Assembly: GCA_965649765.1 (NCBI GenBank) | Contig: OZ287751.1 | Coordinates: forward strand, 18,104,001-18,168,000 | DNA length: 64,000 nucleotides | Direction of reading: 5' to 3' | Source of the DNA: Bispira polyomma | Taxonomy: Eukaryota | In this document: positions 25,330 through 39,219 of the stretch, piece by piece | Layout: each line of letters opens with the position of its first letter | Position numbering within the stretch: the first letter of the stretch is position 1 | Made by a program: the position numbers and the translations under genes | The notes under the pieces: generated by a model | What the model was told of the DNA's origin: nothing | What the model saw: the letters and a program-made list of their open reading frames with translations, nothing else | Databases searched by the model: none

Positions 25330-25933
25330 GTACATTCCTTGTGTTCCTGAAGACAGACTCAACCTTCATACAGTCCTCTGGGCTGGTAGGGCTGGACAGA
25401 AATTATTCCTGTAGCTCATTTATTATGGCTTGGAAAACCTGTGGCACGAACTTGGTGATTCTTGTCCTGCCCACTACAAAAGACTACTGCATTGGTGTGT
25501 ATGACTCCCCAGTTGCCAAATGCCTCAAAGTGATAGCTATCTTGACTCAGGAGTCAGTGGTTTTCTGGACCAGGTGGTCTGTTTCTGTATCCTGTACCCC
25601 ACTCTCCTATCCATTTTCTGGAAAAATTCAGGGGGCATCTTCATAAAATTCCTGTAAGACTGGAGATCTTGCACCTCCATCCATGGCAGAAAGGTTGTAT
25701 CTTTACCATGTTCTTCCTTCCCGTAAGCCATGGCCCAACCCAGAACCTACGTCTTGCTCTTACGCTTCTGCCCACTTTTCCTTGAACATCTGAATTCTCT
25801 GCCTTTTGGAGACTCTTTATTCTTATTCTTATTCTTCTTCATCCTTCAATATAATAGCCATTACTTGAAGTTGCATGTAGGCAACTAAACCTTGAGGACC
25901 TCTCACCATATCTATTAGCCTCTGTGGAAGCAT
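25330..25933 (-). pseudogene. PIF/Harbinger transposase N-terminal remnant
   Basis: RRRFWVGPWL, SYRNFMKMPPEFF...IQKQTT..RKPLTP and KIAITLRHLATGESY are typical Harbinger/HARBI1-family HTH-region motifs. It has stops and frameshifts, and the DDE core is missing. Confidence 0.85.
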
Positions 25934-26974
25934 CTTTTTTAACTTGACTGAACAATATAAACTAACTGGATACTTTGTTCCAGCTCCTTTATACATGTTT
26001 TTGGAGGGAAAGCTGGAGGTTTTAAGGTCCCCCTGAGTGTTAATGACCAGGATTTGGTAGGGGACAGTCTAGAAGGGGGCCAGGTACAAAGAATAGTTTG
26101 TAGTGTTGTTTCGCCATTTTTTGGAGGGTCGGTACCGGCTGTAAGGACTTATCATGGTGAGTCGGGGTCATAGATCTTTGGTTCTGGCGACCAATTTGCT
26201 CGATTTATCGCAATGCAAAAAATCAGTAGGGCCTTATGATCGACTTATCTTTTCAGTCACTAACCAATACAAGTAAGATCGAGTGACACACATTTTCTTA
26301 GGCTTTTTGACACACATCGGGCAAAATAAAAAAAATTCCCATGAATGACCATGATCACATTATTGGGACCTCTCCCCGACTAGTCTTGATAGTGGAACAG
26401 GGTCATAACAAAGGCCTCCAAACTAACTCTAAACCATCTTCTATTGTTTTAACCTTTCAGATTTGTTCATGTAGTTACTTTTTTTACACTTATTTGATCA
26501 TGTCATTAAATAACCCATAAATTAAATTTGCTTAAATACACAAATATCCTTCATGCTAAACACAGTGTTCATGTTATTAGAATGTTTCTGACAATAAAAA
26601 AAAACATACTATGCCAACATTAACATGCACCTCCTCAGTCAGTCATAATACCATTTCCCATGTTTTACCAAACTTTATTCACAGATAAATGATTTTTTTA
26701 TTATTAGCAAGACAAAATCCAATGGCTTTAAATCTTGGTTTTGTAACCAAAGATTTTAGATATATCATTCAATTGGAGGGCAAAATATATTTTATTTTTT
26801 TTGTTACATCATTCCAAAAAGGCCAAAATAACACTACACTGACTGCACAAATGTATAAGATTATTTCTGCATAATGTTCACAAAGGTCACAGTAACAATT
26901 TAAGAAGTAAGCTGCAACCATTCAGATTCATGATATTGTTTAGCTGGAAGGTAATATTGCCTAACTTATGTGAA

Positions 26975-27160
26975 AAAATCGCTCAGGATCTGGTAGGTGG
27001 GTGTAAAATCGCTTAAATTGTGGGACAAATCCTATAAGACTTAGGAAGGTGGGTGTAAAATCACCTAAATTGTGGAGATAATCGCCTAGGATCTGTGAGG
27101 TGGGTGTAAAATAGCCTACATTGCGGGCCAAATGGCATAGGACTTGGGAGGTGGGTATAT
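26975..27160. repeat. About 52-bp tandem repeat (about 3.5 copies), probably a DNA-transposon subterminal repeat
   Basis: aggtgggtgtaaaatc.c.taaattgtggg recurs; an inverted taggcgattt motif lies at about 27470. Confidence 0.6.
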
Positions 27161-27897
27161 TAAATAAAACCCATTTCATCATCAAATTCCTCATATAAAC
27201 GTAAAAACGTTCAAAATATTAATTAATACCCAATAAATAGGAATAAAATTTCACAGCTATAGTAAATAAATAGTATAGATAGTTTTACTTGAATACTGAT
27301 TTTACAAATCTACTTAACTTCTTTGAATTCTAGATTTCTGTTAGTCAAAAACACAGATCTTAAACATAAAAGGAGAATACTTATTTTCCTAAATTCTATG
27401 AAGTATATTTATGCTAATTAATGTGTAATGTATTCTGGGGGGGGGGGGGGGGGGGGTTCTTTCAGCGAATTTTAGGCGATTTCTCAAAAAGGCTTAGGAG
27501 GTAGCCGATTGCCATCGAGGTTTAGAATGTACGAAGTTTGCTATGGAATTATAAGCATGGAGTTATAAGCATACCAAAGGTCAAATAAAACATTTACAAA
27601 ACAAACAAAGCATTTATTTGACCAGAATACATTTAAAAGAGAACAAAATTGTAGGAAGTTTATTTGAAGTTTTTATTGACCTTAATTGCAATGGGGATAT
27701 TAGTCTATTTGAAGAGAAGCTGTCCTGTAAAGATGTGTAATGTTAACACATCACTTAATTGCAATTAGCACCCTCACACTAAAACCTCAGTACAATGGGG
27801 TGTATTTCAAAGGGATTACCAATGGGTGTGACTTAAAGATGAAAAATATTTTCTCTGTTCATAGAAGTGACATTACATTTTTACTGAAAAAGTTACA

Positions 27898-28065
27898 TCC
27901 ATAGGGTAGGGGCATCATTTGCAAAACTTTTATCAAAGTGAACCTTTGACCTGTGTACTTTGGACTTATATTTTGGAACAAGAAGGAATCTATTTTTGGG
28001 AGCGGCTCTCCTGGTATTGACATTGCAACTCAAATGTGGTCCAAAGTATTTAGGCAAACCTGAAT
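27898..28065 (-). mobile_element. Internal fragment of the 19.6-21.1-kb L2 subfamily
   Basis: Near-identical to about 20019-20192 (VHRSKVHFDKSFANDAPTLW). Confidence 0.85.
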
Positions 28066-28069
28066 ATAG

Positions 28070-29140
28070 GGTATAATAGGGTATAATAGAGGGTTGGGTA
28101 TCTTTCATATATGTTGTTCTATTGTCAATTTACTTAAATATCTCAGGTAATACTGGTCGGGTTTTGATACAACAAAAAGCACAGTGTTCACAATAAAATA
28201 AGCTTTTCCATAATAATTTTTGTTAAATTTTTACCTGTAGTAATTCCTGACTTATTAATAAATCCAACTGCAACACCCCTACAAGTAAAAAAACTTGGAG
28301 GTCTACTTGGAGGTCTAGGGTGCGGTATATATAGAGTTAGTTTGCCGCCCCACCCCTAGGTGTCTCCACTAGTCACTGCTACAATACTCTAGGTTAAGCT
28401 GGGATGGGTAGCTGAATTCAAACTTGAATATTTCAGCTATTTCTTAATCGATTTTAATGCAACAAAAAGCAGAGTGTTCACAATAAAAAAAGCAATCTCA
28501 TCATATTTTTGTTAAATTTAGCTATAGTAATGCCTGACTTATTAATGAATCCAAATGCCGCACCTTACAAATGAAAAGATTTGGAGGTCTACTTGGAGGT
28601 CTAGGGTGCGGTATATTTAGAGTTAGTGTGCCGCCTCACCCCTAGGTGTCTCCACTGGTCACTCCTATAATACCATAGCTTAAGTCAGGATGGGTAGCTG
28701 AATTCAAACTTGAATATCTCAGCTATTTCTTAACCGATTTTAATGCAACAAAAAACACAGTGTTCACAATAAAATAATCTTTCTCTTTATAATTTTGTTC
28801 AATTTTTATCTACAGTAATTCCTGACTTATGAATCAATCTGTGTGCTATAAATTATCATATAGAGTGCAATTTCTTTAACATGAACAATTTTATATTCAT
28901 AACTATTTTTAAAATTAAAATTGTTAATTAAGCCTATCAAAAAGTACATAATAAGGGCTTTCTGGTGATACCCAAACGAATATTTTAGATAAGGTATTGA
29001 GATGGATAGAGTAATTCAAATCCACTCAAATCACCGCACCCCTTCATCGCCACCGCACCCCTCCATCGCCACGGCACCTCTCCAGCTTTTAGTATATACC
29101 CAAAAGAGCCAAGTCTTGGTTGGGGTGTTGTCAACACATT
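28070..29140. repeat. Satellite-like tandem repeat of about 295 bp (about 2.4 copies), probably inside a HINE-like element
   Basis: aatatctcag...caacaaaaagcacagtgttcacaataaaa recurs at about 28137, 28427 and 28713. It is followed by a (caccgcaccccttcatcg)-type mini-repeat at 29032-29080. Confidence 0.8.
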
Positions 29141-29184
29141 TATTCAGATTTACATGAACTTCCACTGAGATAAAGCTGACTAAA

Positions 29185-29190
29185 ATGCCT
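29185..29190 (+). CDS. TMEM208: Candidate TMEM208 exon 1 coding part (ATG CCT)
   Basis: aaaATGCCT|gtaaga: a 6-nt phase-0 start, as in human exon 1 from memory. It gives [12 protein letters not shown] and lies next to a CpG-richer stretch. Not proven to be the only candidate. Confidence 0.4.
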
Positions 29191-31488
29191 GTAAGATGTA
29201 TATTTTATGTATAAGCGTTTTTGTCATTTAACCGGTTTGCCAACAGCCTATGAGCCTCTGTAACGTTTCAAGACGAGCGATAATGAAGGATTATAAACAC
29301 TTGTCCATAAGCCAGTTCGTAGACAAGGCATGAAGAGAAGCAAATAAACTTAAAATGTGCACTTTGGAAAACAAGTAAAGATGGGTACTGGTACGTACCC
29401 TATTTAAACTTGTGTTTGATGATTGTTGGGTTTTCGGCGTACTTATTAAAATTACGTTTGTCATAAAAACGTTCAAGGTTAATGCGGTATGCCGAAAACC
29501 CCATAGCGCCGAAAACATGATGCATGACCATATCTCATGCGTTTCTCAATGGATTATAACCGGTGTCCCTAAATGACGAAAACGGCTTAATATCTCATTT
29601 TTCTCAACGGATTATAACCGGTGTCCCTAAACGATGACAACGGCTCATAATGTAAAGACTTTTTGCATAGTTGTTTATCAAAAGCGGCTTTATTTTAATA
29701 ATATAGATGTCCAGTAATTGCTTCATTTAACAATATTTAAATGAGAAGTTCACGGAAAATGCCGAAGACATATTTTAAATAGCTTTTTATACTGGCCAGT
29801 CATTGCTTTATTTTACAATATTTAAATGATCGAGCAGTTGACGGAAAATGCTGAAGAATTCTTTTTTTATTAATGACTTTTTGTACAGATATTCAATTGA
29901 TTAAACAACTGTATCTATAGGAAGACTTCACATAAAATATTTGTTCTGGTATCCAGGGTTGAGTAAAACCCGGGTTTTAAGAGTATTGCCCAGCCCCGTG
30001 GGAAAACCGGGGTTTTACTGGGTAATACTGAGCAATACATACATGCAAAAAAAATATGTGTGTTAATAAACTTTAAAGAATTGACTGTGAATTAAGTTAT
30101 TGTTGTGGTCCCTACACTGACAACAAATTATTGACTTTCATAAAAAAAACTTTAAAAAATGTATTTTTAGATTAAAACTAAAGAACATATTTAAAGAATG
30201 AAGCAAAATTTATGCAATTTGATGTTTATGCTTTAAAGCATTGTCTAGGTCATACAATGAAGACCCACAAACTGACACACTCATACACAAACAAAATAAA
30301 CATTTTCATACAATTGTTTACAAAACATTTTTTCTGGTTCTAGGCTGTTTGGTTATATTAATTGCAATTTACTTGTCACACAAACCATATCCCAAATCTG
30401 TCATACATCAAACCTTGCACTAAATTATGCACATCATCTTTCTGTCACAGGATATATTTTACTTGACATTTTATGTGGGATTACACCACGCATATCACAT
30501 CAGATACATTCCTACATCAGTACTGTGGCTTCATAGCTTTCAACTATTTAAATATTGTCCTTGTCACTGTGCCATTCATTATGATAATTTTACACCAGTG
30601 GTATCACCAGAAAGCTCCTGTTGTGTTCTTTGTGATAGGTGTCACAAATTTCAATTCAAATGATAGGGTAATAAAGATATTATTAGTTAAAGTTAGACTG
30701 TATCTCCAAAATTGTTTAAAATGCAAGTTTTACAGTAGAGATTATTTATTAAATGCTCATATATAGTAGAAGTATAAGTGATATATATTTTTAGATTACA
30801 TAGTTGTGAAGCCAGATGAATAGGATTTTTGATATTTTTACAGAACAAAAATATATTCTATAATAGCTGAGAAAATGTGAGTTGAATAGAGTCATTACTT
30901 GGGAAATTTTGACCTGTTATCGTCAAAATTTGGCCGTTTTCGTCAAAATAAAGTTTTCCGTCATTTAGGGTGACCCGATTTTGACCATATATGTTTGTGA
31001 AGTTTTTACCTTTACTAATTTTTGAGTTAGTAATAAATAACTCCACATAAATTTATTCAAATTTAATATTTATAACAATATTTCCTGTATTATCGCTTAT
31101 TTTGCAATTTATAGATATAGACAGAGAGGTATTTTTCCCAAGATCACAACACTAGAAATGAATGTTAAAAAATTAATCGGGGACCAATTACGACTTTTAT
31201 GTATGATTTTTTACTTGTCAAATTTTTTTGTGAGTCTGCTAACTTTGGACACCTGTGTTAAGTTACAATTCCAGACACTAACCTTCAATGGTAGTGGACC
31301 TTGTGTGATTTGAAATTATGTGTAGATTGATTGGTATAAATCTGCTTACTATTATTACCAACTCCATTAATATGGAGATCAATGTTCTTTATCAATATTG
31401 ATCTGTAAGTCATTTATAAAATTTTTATTAATTTAAAAAGATTTAAAGAAGTGATGTTCTAAATGTTATTGCCTTGTTTTTCAAATAG

Positions 31489-31617
<129 letters not shown>

Positions 31618-31642
31618 TAGAGTGTTGTTAAGTCTTAATAAT

Positions 31643-32128
31643 GGGGCGTTCACAGCACACTGTCCGTGTTCACGCCCAGGCATTGCCATTTACTCAAGAC
31701 CTGAAGAACTTGGCCGATCAGGCGAGAAAAGACGGGAAAATGTTCATTTGCATATATTTGCATCACACGTTTTTGACCTGTTTTAGCTCTATTTAGCCTT
31801 GTTTATGCCCAGGTTATGTTACGTTTCTCGAGTTTTCTCTAGGTCTGGCCAGATCTCACAAGTTTAAGCAGTTTAAGCCCTATTTACACAAGTTCTGAGC
31901 AGTTCAACTTCTGTTCACGCCCCGCCATTGTCGTTTTCTCAAGTTCTCTCAAAATGTGTTTTCAGAGCCGTCCTCACATGTTCAAAACTTCCGGCTGTAG
32001 CTCCCGTTCTTGCCATTCACCCGAGTTAACCCCAGTTCTACCGCCATTTTTGCCTCGTTCTCAGACGTTTGTTAAGTTTTCACACGTTCTCAGAATGGGT
32101 CTGAGAACACGGACAGTGTGAATGCCCC
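31643..32128 (+). mobile_element. Complete 486-bp MITE with TIRs (Harbinger-like termini) in TMEM208 intron 2
   Basis: ggggcgttcaca(gca)cactgtccgtgttc ... gaacacggacagtgtgaatgcccc; family copies at 8.8, 10.3 and 10.7 kb. Confidence 0.85.
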
Positions 32129-32782
32129 ATTATATGATGTTGATGTTTCAGTTAAAATAACAGAAATTTTAATTATCAATATTAATCGTAAATATTGGTT
32201 CAAAAGTTAAAGTAGTCCTAACTAGAATGATTGGAATAATCATGCTTGAGTTTAATGTTACAGGAATACGAGAAAGTTGTCTCCACTATGAGCAGTTTTA
32301 AAATTTAACTAAAACTAATCATATAATCTGATCTTATGTTAATCAGACAGATAAGACTTAAAACATAAAGTTATTGTACAAATTAACTTCTGGTCAAAAA
32401 GCTTCATTTAATTCCTTTCCATTGATACAAAGATTTCCTACATTAATGCTTTATACAGTGTGTTGAGCAATTAGTTTTGCTATATGAAGAGGAAGGAATG
32501 TCGTAATTTGCGACAGCTCTTCCGACCAGACATTTTATATTGCCCATGGTGTTCCCTAGTTGCCATATTGATTTGGTTAAATTTGGTATTAGTTTGTTGG
32601 TGCCTACGCAGTATTGGCGACGACTTGATTCTAATTCATATTAGACACTGTTGTCGAACTCATTTGCACGTTTTAAAAGTATGATATAGAATATAATCTT
32701 AAATTTGACCAACCCATCTTCAAATTCAAGTTTTGGTCATTGCTTTGTTTATCATTATATTTTTTTGTGTTTGTATTTACAG

Positions 32783-32842
32783 GTTTTATACTTTTTAACA
32801 TCTCTAGTGTTTTTCAGTGATGCATTTAGTTTTGGAGTCATA
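32783..32842 (+). CDS. TMEM208: TMEM208 exon 3
   Basis: tttacag|...ATA|gtaagt, 60 nt, VLYFLTSLVFFSDAFSFGVI. Confidence 0.88.
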
Positions 32843-33829
32843 GTAAGTGATTATAGTATATATTTTTCAGGTATTAAGTATTCTGTTCCTTCATCGGTAA
32901 ATTATAGTGAAACCTCTTTGTAGAGAACAAAATATAACTAGAGAGCCTTGTTATCAACTGATAACATATACTTGTGCTTACGAATCTCTACCCACAAGCA
33001 CTGTAGATATTGGATTTAGTGTACACAGTTTTGGGATCTTGAATTTTAAATTGAATAAAACGGCAAAATTAATGCATTTCTGTACTGACTAAAGCCTGTG
33101 TACTGAAAAATGGGTTTAAAAACAAACGGTTCCTTTAAATCCCTTCAATTATATGTATAATACTCCCCCATTTGATCCCTACTGAAAGCCTAATGTTCCT
33201 CCAGTTCACAGCTGGAGAAAGTTAAACATAACATACACTACTAAATTAGCTGGCTTTCTTTTGAAAAAGGTAAAACCCAGTACACTGTACAATAGCGGCA
33301 GCATAAGGTTTCTCGCTGGCTTTACTTATGAAACTGTAAACAATGCTTTACTATGGTAAGGAAGGGGTGGGGGGGGGGGGGGGGGGGGGGTGATGTCAAG
33401 GCCAGCTGTTAAAATAAAATGACAAATATACATATTTCATTACATACCACATTAAATATGGACCATAGATATAGTTGATAGATAAATTGTGAGGTACTTT
33501 TCACCAAGAAAAATACTGCCGTTTGTTGATATTAATGAAAACAAAAAAAAACACCATTGGAACCAAGATACTCACTTCTTTTACAGAGCATGCGCAAGTA
33601 TAATGATTCACAAAGTAAATGTCAGATTTATGAAATTATATAAACATACAGTAACCCCTCTATTATCTGAAAACTTTGGGAAAACATTTAAGTTATTTGT
33701 GACCGCTAATATTCGAATTATAGAAGTTTGGATAATTCAGGCTTCTGTTGTGTCAAAGATACATTCTCTTTTAACTTAACAGACCTCCTTCCGACAAAGA
33801 ATATCAGTTTTACTCTTCAGTTGTCAAGG

Positions 33830-34019
33830 TACAGTAAAACCTCTATTATCCAAACATGTTGGAAGAGCAAGATTTTGTTCAGATAATAGAAGAGTCATAA
33901 CATAGACGAGGCATTTCTGTATCAAAAAATAGGGTAACATCAATTTGGGAGAGTAGAAATAAGTTTATAAAATTGAATATTTGGGTAATAGAATTTTAAG
34001 TAATAAAGGTTCTACTGTA
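33830..34019. mobile_element. TA-flanked Tc1/mariner/pogo-type MITE
   Basis: tacagtaaaacctctattatcc ... taaaggttctactgta; relatives at about 40934-41108, 41926-42068, 43420-43580 and 60520-60720. Confidence 0.7.
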
Positions 34020-34752
34020 CTATATAAAATCAAAGTTTTTACTGAGAATTAGTCTTAGCTATATTATTCTCCAATGTGTTTGCTCAGTAAAAAATATTTC
34101 TTGGCTTAACTGTAAATTTGTATTAATACCTCAAATTTAAAAAAAATGGACAGTGGTGGTAAACATTTATTATAGTCAATTCTTGAATATTGGTAGAATA
34201 GTGAAACTTCATTTGAGCTCTATTGCTTGCGTCTCGTATTACTCTCTCGGTGAGTGATGTTTGACTTAAATAAATCGTGCATATATTATAAACAAACTCC
34301 TGAATATTTATGCTTTGTACTTGGCTTCTGCAGAATATGCACTGGCTGCATTGTTCTTTGTATCACACATTAACTTTATCCTTAAATTTAATTGGTACGA
34401 GAGTAAATGTCATAAAACTAAATACAGAAAGGTTTTATCAAAAATTGACTGTTAATGTCAAAACAGTAGTATTTTTGTGTACAAGAAGCACTAATTCAGA
34501 TGGCTACTTAAAATGATGGTCCTCTGTCACTGGGTACTATCCGCAGTGGCCTCAAGCCTCTCTCTCTTTAGTTAGGGCAGTGACAGTAACTGATGCAGTT
34601 GACTGTTACAGCCAGGAAAAGGTTAAGTTGCGTTCTGAATACCAGATCAAGGTAGATGTATGGGCTGGGTACAAATCTGTAATAAAATACATTAATGCAA
34701 TTTCACATATTAGGCCTTTGTTTTGTCTTCTCAGTATTAAACCTATTTTTAG

Positions 34753-34892
34753 GTATTACTAGTTATGACCACAAGCACCTATGCGGGCAGTTATTATTTT
34801 ATGAGGTACATGGCCAGACCAACTTATGACAATGCTACTGGAGCACTCCTAGACAGTGGCTCAGACCTCAATATGGAGCAAGGAGTAGCTGA
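34753..34892 (+). CDS. TMEM208: TMEM208 exon 4
   Basis: tttttag|...GA|gtaagt. Encodes VLLVMTTSTYAGSYYFMRYMARPTYDNATGALLDSGSDLNMEQGVAE, with the conserved DLNMEQG.AE motif. Confidence 0.95.
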
Positions 34893-35769
34893 GTAAGTGA
34901 TTGCTTTTTATGTAAATTATTTAGCATTACTTTCAACTATCCTGGTACATGTATTATTGTGTGACGGTTAGGTTAACTGATGGAAGAAAGCAGAACAAGT
35001 TATTGGGTCAAGCTTTCTGAACTATAAACCCACCAGCCTTTGGTAAGTCTACTGCCAAGGTTCCTAGCTACATGGCATGGTAAAGATTTAAACTCACCAT
35101 TGCAAAGTTGGGAGGTGAGAGTATTTGCCTGTACACCCAAAATTATTGTTTTAATACTTTTTTCTATTACATGTGTCTTTTGTCTTTAAAAAATGCTTGT
35201 AATTATTAACATTGACTTCTTGATTGTGGGAGTAACTGCCAATGAGATAATGATCATTTCTGAAAAGTGAAAAGTTATTTAGTGAAGTTAACAAATAATT
35301 CAAAGTTCATTAGCATTCATTTGGCTTTGTTTAAAATAAATTTTTTGTTGTGAAGTCTGAATTTTAAAATGAATTGTTCCGAATATAAAATTGTAAGTGA
35401 GACCATTAATATGCAACATATGCTATATAGTTTTACAATAAATATTTAAACAGCTCACCAAAGCAGAGTATATATTAATTACTAACTCTCAAGATAGCAT
35501 GTTATGCATCAACATCCATGTTTAAAATTCTCGTGTAATTTTTTCCTATGATTCTGCATTTAGTGTATACTAAGTCTTGACTGAAAAATAGCATTACTTA
35601 TTTGCCTATTATATTGAGTCTCTCAGCTATATATGTCTACACACTCTACTTGTTAGGCTTTTAATATGAAATTTTAACTAGTTAGTTCATTGTGATATTT
35701 ACTACATTACTTACCAGAATAGATCTTAAAAATCTTGTTAGTTTTAGTTAATTATGTCCACCCCAGTGG

Positions 35770-37655
35770 AAACTTTGGCAAAAGCTAAATAGCACCCTCC
35801 ACTGTAAAAAAACAGACTATACTACCCGAAAATTGCAATAGCAAATCACTGGCAAACATTTTTAGTACTTTTTTCACTGATAAAATTACCAGAATCCGTG
35901 ACGGTTTTACATTAGCCGCCCCAAATGCCCCTTTACCAACAGCTCCACCAACCGTCTTCAACTGTTTCTCCAAAGTAACTGTTGATGAAGTCAGAAAATT
36001 ATACTGGCATCACCCGTAAAATCTTGCTTGCTAGATCTGTGGCCCACATTCCTTGTTAAGGAATGTATTGACATTTTATTGCCATCAATCACAAAACTTA
36101 TCAATCTCTCGTTGGTAAATGGCATCTTTCCAGATGATTTTAAAAAGGCCATTGTCACTCCTTTAATAAAAAAACCTTCTCTACCAAAGGCTGACTTGAA
36201 AAATTACCGTCCTGTCTCAGGCCTTTGCTATATCTCTAAGTTGGTAGAACGCGCGGTTGCCTTATAGATCAAACAACATGTTGACGTCAGCAATCTGTCC
36301 AATAAGTATCAGTCAGCGTACAAAAGTGGTCATTCTACTGAGACTGCACTTCTCTGCATCAAAAATGATGTTCATACATCTTTATCCAAAGGTATGCCTA
36401 CTGCCTTCATACTGCTGGATCTGTCAGCAGCCTTTGATATTATTGATCACAAAGTTCTTCTTGAGTGTCTGATAGATTCCAATCAGTCAAAATTGGCAAT
36501 ATCTTATCCGACCCAACATGGTTAAAATTTGGTGTTCCCCAAGGTTCCGTCCTGGGTCCCATTTTGTTTTCCATGTACACCACTCCACTCAGCAAGATTA
36601 TTGCTGCATACAAAAACATAAACTTTCACTTCTATGCTGATGATACCCAACTGTATATCCACCTTACACCTGACTCTGCCAAGGCAGCTTTCACTTCCTT
36701 ACAGAACTGCCTTGTTGATGTATAACACTGGATGGCAGCAAATAAACTCAAGCTGAATCCTGAGAAGACTGAGTTTATTTTGTTTGGCTCCAAGTCGCAA
36801 CGGGAAAAATTGTCATGTTGTTTCCACTTGGCATTCTTGGCAGCAGGTTTTCTCCAGCTGACAAAGTACGAAACCTGGGTGTGGTGTTCGACTCTGAATT
36901 CTCCTTCTTTAACCATGTCGCAGCGGTGTGTAGATCATGTTTTGTTGGCCTCCGTGATTTCAGGCGGATTCGACGCTATCTTTCCAAATCCACTGCAATC
37001 ACTGTTGCCAATGCTTTGGTCAGCAGCAGGCTTGATTACTGCAACTTTTTGTTCCGTTCCTTATCTCGTAGTGATCTCAGACGCCTTCAGAATATCCAAC
37101 ACTCGTTGGCACGTATTGTGACCAAAACTTCTAAATTTTCCCACATTACTCCTGTACTCAAGTCACTGCACTGGCTCCCAAGAAAATATCGTGTTGCTTT
37201 CAAAACAGCAACAATAATATATAAATTTCGAAATTCTGGATTACCCACTTATTTTAGCCCTCATCTATCCAAATATACATGCTCAGTCAGGACAAGGCGC
37301 AGTAACCCTGATAAATTATACCTTAACATTCTCACTTTCGACCCTCGCATCCACAAATCCAAAGTTCAGTTCAATCACTGCCTAGCTCATGATGGCCCCC
37401 TCATTTGGAACAGCCTACCTGATCATGTTCGCCTGGCTCAAACTTTCTCCTCTTTCAGGAGTAAGCTGAAGGCCTATCTTTTTGAACAGGCTTTTCCACC
37501 TTAGCCGTCACAACCATTTACGGTAGTCTCCCTGGTTACGACTTCCATCCGTCCACTATTATTGATTTTCGATTAACGTTTTGGGTTTGTTGCGCCTTAG
37601 AATTTGTTGTACAAAGATTAAGCGCTGTAAAAGTACGACTAGATTAGATTAGATT
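35770..37655 (+). mobile_element. L2 LINE, 5'-truncated, with (agatt)n tail, in TMEM208 intron 4
   Basis: KLWQKLNSTLH, NYRPVS, GVPQGSVLGP, FYADDTQ, SRLDYCN, LHWLP, WNSLP...KLKAYLFEQAFPP*; several stops and frameshifts. Confidence 0.93.
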
Positions 37656-38380
37656 ATGGACATTATTTTTGCTTTTTCCGTCGTCCACCGTCCGTCACGT
37701 TTGGTTTCCGGTCATTTCAAGGAAAAGTATTTATCCTATGTTTACCAAATTTGGTATGGGTGTTTATTTGGTTAATAGCTTGCATGGGATTGCTTTTGGT
37801 GAAGATAGCTCCATAGCTAACTGAGTAATAGCTACTTACTTACTTTTATGTACTTCTTTTGTTTCCGGGCATTTTAAGGAAAAATATCTTTACCAAATTT
37901 GGTGTGACCAATAGTTAGGCCAATAGCTTGCTTGGGATTGCTTTTAGTGATAATAGCTATATAACTAACTCAGCAATCGCTACTTAGCTACTTTTAGTAG
38001 TAATAGCTACATAGCAAAAAACATACATATATCTATCTCCTAAACCGTGCGAGATAGAGTGATTTAGGGTATCTAATCAATGTACTCTTGGCAATTTTGA
38101 AAAAAAATTTACTCTCCCCAAAAATGGCGGCCATTTTGAATTTTCAAATTTTTGCCAAAAATGGAAAAACGTAAATTTGCTTCTATATCCTTAACCGTGC
38201 GAGATAGAGCGATTTCGTCGAAATTTTCGACCCACAAGGTATCTAAGAAATGTACTATAGGCAATTTTCAAAAAAAATTTCCTTTCCCCAAAAACGGCGG
38301 CCATTTTGAATTTTTGCCAAAACTGGAAAAACACAAATTTGCTTCTATCTCCTTAACCGTGCGAGATGGAGCAATTTGTT
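37656..38380 (+). mobile_element. HINE/'pearl'-like element with (gtcc)-like microsatellite and ~150-160-bp internal tandem repeats; its 5' tip (35751-35769) is split off by the L2
   Basis: ccgtcgtccaccgtccgtc, repeated accaaatttggt units, and repeated ccttaaccgtgcgagat / ggcggccattttgaa units. Confidence 0.7.
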
Positions 38381-39219
38381 ATTACTGTCACACACTGCCC
38401 ATCAATTGATTTCTTCTGAGCGTTCAAAGAATTCACGCACAGATTATACAACGAACAATAGCTTTTTCTTGATCTCGCCTGAGTAGACACACCACAAACA
38501 CCCTTCCTTTGGTGTAAATAAAAAATTAGGAAACTTGTGCACCCTTCTTTTCATACAAATAAAATAACATGAAATTTATGCACTATTCCTTTGATTTAAA
38601 TAAATAAACTTATGAAACTTATACATAAACCTGAAATAAAAGTGGACCTTAATCAATTGTAAATGTAGTTTATCATTACCTTACATCAGATTTTTATAAA
38701 TAATAGTTAAATTATCTGTTGTGAAGAAATTTTGCAAAATTGATGGCCAATTTTCCCACCCATCACTTTAGCTGATGACCAATTTTCCTGATGGGATTTT
38801 TTGCTGATGTAATTCACTTGATGGACATTTTTCCTGATGGGCTTTTTTCAGGAATCTGTTACATGGTGTACACTACTAGGCAGTGCTTGTGTAAATGTGT
38901 TATGTACCATTTAGTTAGACAGCATTTTGTCCCCCTGGCAATTTTGACTGCCGTTTTGTCCCCTCGGTATTTTGTCCGACGACATTTTGTCCGTGCAGTT
39001 GAAATAATTTACATGTATACTAATAAATTTTGGAGCATCGTTGATATATTTTACAAACAAAACAGTCCTATAAGACTACTGTGCAATTGTTCCAAAAGGT
39101 TCATGGGGTGGACATTACACATGCTAATGTGTGTTCTTCTATGCTATCCTGTTTCTTTTCATATGTTACAGCTACTCTTAACACGGCGTCCTATTTCTAG
39201 TTTATAAAAAAAAAGGAAA

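Noticed and set aside
27436-27456. Poly-G runs (also about 33369-33390 and 12338-12349) as functional G-quadruplexes
   Set aside because: These are simple homopolymers, prone to sequencing error, with no supporting context.
29381-29396. ATGGGTACTG|gtacgt as TMEM208 exon 1
   Set aside because: It is phase 1; splicing to 31489 gives GCC TAA immediately.
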